IMG/VR virus record: IMGVR_UViG_3300037311_000460
Location: 1 to 43,546 of that record
Length of the DNA stretch: 43,546 bases
From: a virus
Lineage: Duplodnaviria; Caudoviricetes
Reading direction: 5' to 3' (one strand)
Shown here piece after piece: positions 42,381 to 43,546 of this stretch; the stretch's first letter is position 1, and each line of letters begins with the position of its first letter. The translations under genes and the position numbers were made by a program. Under the pieces are notes generated by a model. It did no database searches and was not told the origin of the DNA. It saw nothing but the letters and a program-made list of their open reading frames with translations.

Positions 42381-43546
42381 GCGGCGAAACGGGCCCGGTC
42401 CGGGTGGCGGTGATTCGCTACCCGGACCGGCCGAACTTGGTGCTGGCGTACACCGACCCGGTGACGGGGCGGCGGCGCACGAAGTCCGCGGGGACTCGCC
42501 GGATGGCGGACGCCCAGCGCATGGCGGCCAAATGGGAGGCCCAGCTCGAGGCCGGGGTGGTCCTGCCCAGCGAGCGGACCGGCTGGGATCGGCTTGTTGA
42601 CGAGTACGCCGAGACGGTGCTCAGCGTGCGGCGCAAGGCGACTCGCCAGTCCTACATGGGGACGATCACCGCGTACGAGCAGGCGCTGAATCCTCGGTCG
42701 GCGGGGAACCTGACGACGGCCGCGGTGGCTCGGTTCACGGCTGCTCTGCGAGCTCGGTCGATTTCCGAGGCGACGGTCGCCGGGCACCTGCGGAACCTCA
42801 AGGCGCTCTTCCGCTGGGCACAGCGTCAGGGGTACTTGCGCACCCTGCCCCAGTTCGAGATGCCGCGCGGTTCGAGCCGCATGAAAAGTCGCCCGATCAC
42901 GCTCGAGGAGTTCGAGCGGATGGTCGCGGCGGTCGAGCAGACCCCGGACGTGCCGGCGGCGCGCGTCGAGGATTGGCGGCTCTTGCTGCGCGGGCTGTGG
43001 GCCACGGGGCTGCGTCTGGGTGAGGCGCTCGCCTTGCGGTGGGAGCAGACCCCGGGGGGCGCGTGGTTGGTGCTGGACGGCCAACGGAGCGTCATCGCCT
43101 TCGACGGCGCCGCGCAGAAGTCGGGCCGGTCGGAGCTATGCCCTCTGGCCCCCGAGGCGGTCGCCCTGCTGGCCCCGCTGCGTCGCAAGAGCGGCTGGGT
43201 GTTCTCGGCCGGTCGGGACAAGTACCGCGTCTCGCGGACCATCTCGGCGATCGGGCGTCAGGCCGGTGTGGTGACGGATCCCGAGCGGAAGCGGACGGCG
43301 ACGGCTCACGACCTGCGCCGGGCGTTCGGGACGCGGTGGAGCCGGCTGGTGATGCCGGCCACGCTCAAGGCGCTGATGCGGCACGCTTCGGTCGAGACGA
43401 CCATGACCTACTACGTCGGGCAGCAGGCGGAGGCAGTGTCGATGGAGCTGTGGGCGATCGCGGCGGCGGCCGAAAGTAACATTTCGGTAACACCGCCCCC
43501 AATCGAGGCCCCCCGCAAGGGGGGTAAGGTCCGAAAGACCTTATAA
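42377..43546 (+). CDS. int: Tyrosine integrase 2 (prophage integrase)
   Basis: YTDPVTGRRRTKSAGT, ATVAGHLRNLKA, TGLRLGE, AHDLRR, MRHASVETTMTYY. Confidence 0.96.
   Translation: MSGETGPVRVAVIRYPDRPNLVLAYTDPVTGRRRTKSAGTRRMADAQRMAAKWEAQLEAGVVLPSERTGWDRLVDEYAETVLSVRRKATRQSYMGTITAYEQALNPRSAGNLTTAAVARFTAALRARSISEATVAGHLRNLKALFRWAQRQGYLRTLPQFEMPRGSSRMKSRPITLEEFERMVAAVEQTPDVPAARVEDWRLLLRGLWATGLRLGEALALRWEQTPGGAWLVLDGQRSVIAFDGAAQKSGRSELCPLAPEAVALLAPLRRKSGWVFSAGRDKYRVSRTISAIGRQAGVVTDPERKRTATAHDLRRAFGTRWSRLVMPATLKALMRHASVETTMTYYVGQQAEAVSMELWAIAAAAESNISVTPPPIEAPRKGGKVRKTL
43475..43493. repeat. GTAACA direct repeat, candidate arm-type site (right end)
   Basis: AGTAACATTTCGGTAACAC, same motif as 2291-2310. 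Confidence 0.6.
43509..43543. terminator. Two tandem hairpins at the end of int2
   Basis: CCCCCC-GCAA-GGGGGG and TAAGGTC-CGAAA-GACCTTA; could terminate int2 or a convergent tRNA transcript. Confidence 0.45.

Larger units (their letters stand above)
2154..43546. mobile_element. Temperate prophage (siphovirus-like, Mu-like capsid) integrated at tRNA-Lys; right att predicted just beyond the window
   Basis: att fragment at left, integrase at right, complete replication, packaging, head and tail gene order, no sheath gene recognised. Confidence 0.92.

Overview
GC-rich window from a probable Planctomycetota host (inferred from PSCyt1-like cytochrome, SHD1, zinc-ribbon proteins and a REP-like hairpin). 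It opens inside a type II-C-like CRISPR array (36-bp repeat, 9 spacers visible, no cas genes in the window), followed by tyrosine integrase 1 and a displaced 3' half of tRNA-Lys(UUU) that marks an att junction (2154-2197). The remaining ~41 kb is an apparently complete temperate siphovirus-type prophage ending at a second integrase. In order it carries an early/switch region, CsrA, YqaJ-RecT, a replication initiator with internal origin repeats, DnaC-like ATPase, RusA, a matrixin protease, a secreted c-type cytochrome cluster, a holin-like gene, terminase, portal, Mu-like head, tail with a -1 frameshift chaperone, a Cys-rich fibre, and morons (SHD1 protein, S1/P1 nuclease, DUF6941-antitoxin-RelE). 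The most interesting signal is a candidate phage-encoded Csr/Rsm circuit: csrA, a GGA-rich terminator-ended RsmZ/CsrB-like sRNA (41632-41770, minus strand) and ANGGA hairpins at several phage translation starts. No HTH cI repressor is recognisable; two zinc-finger paralogues sit in the cro position. A D-armless tRNA-like RNA lies before the replication gene. All family calls come from motif recognition by eye, not database searches.
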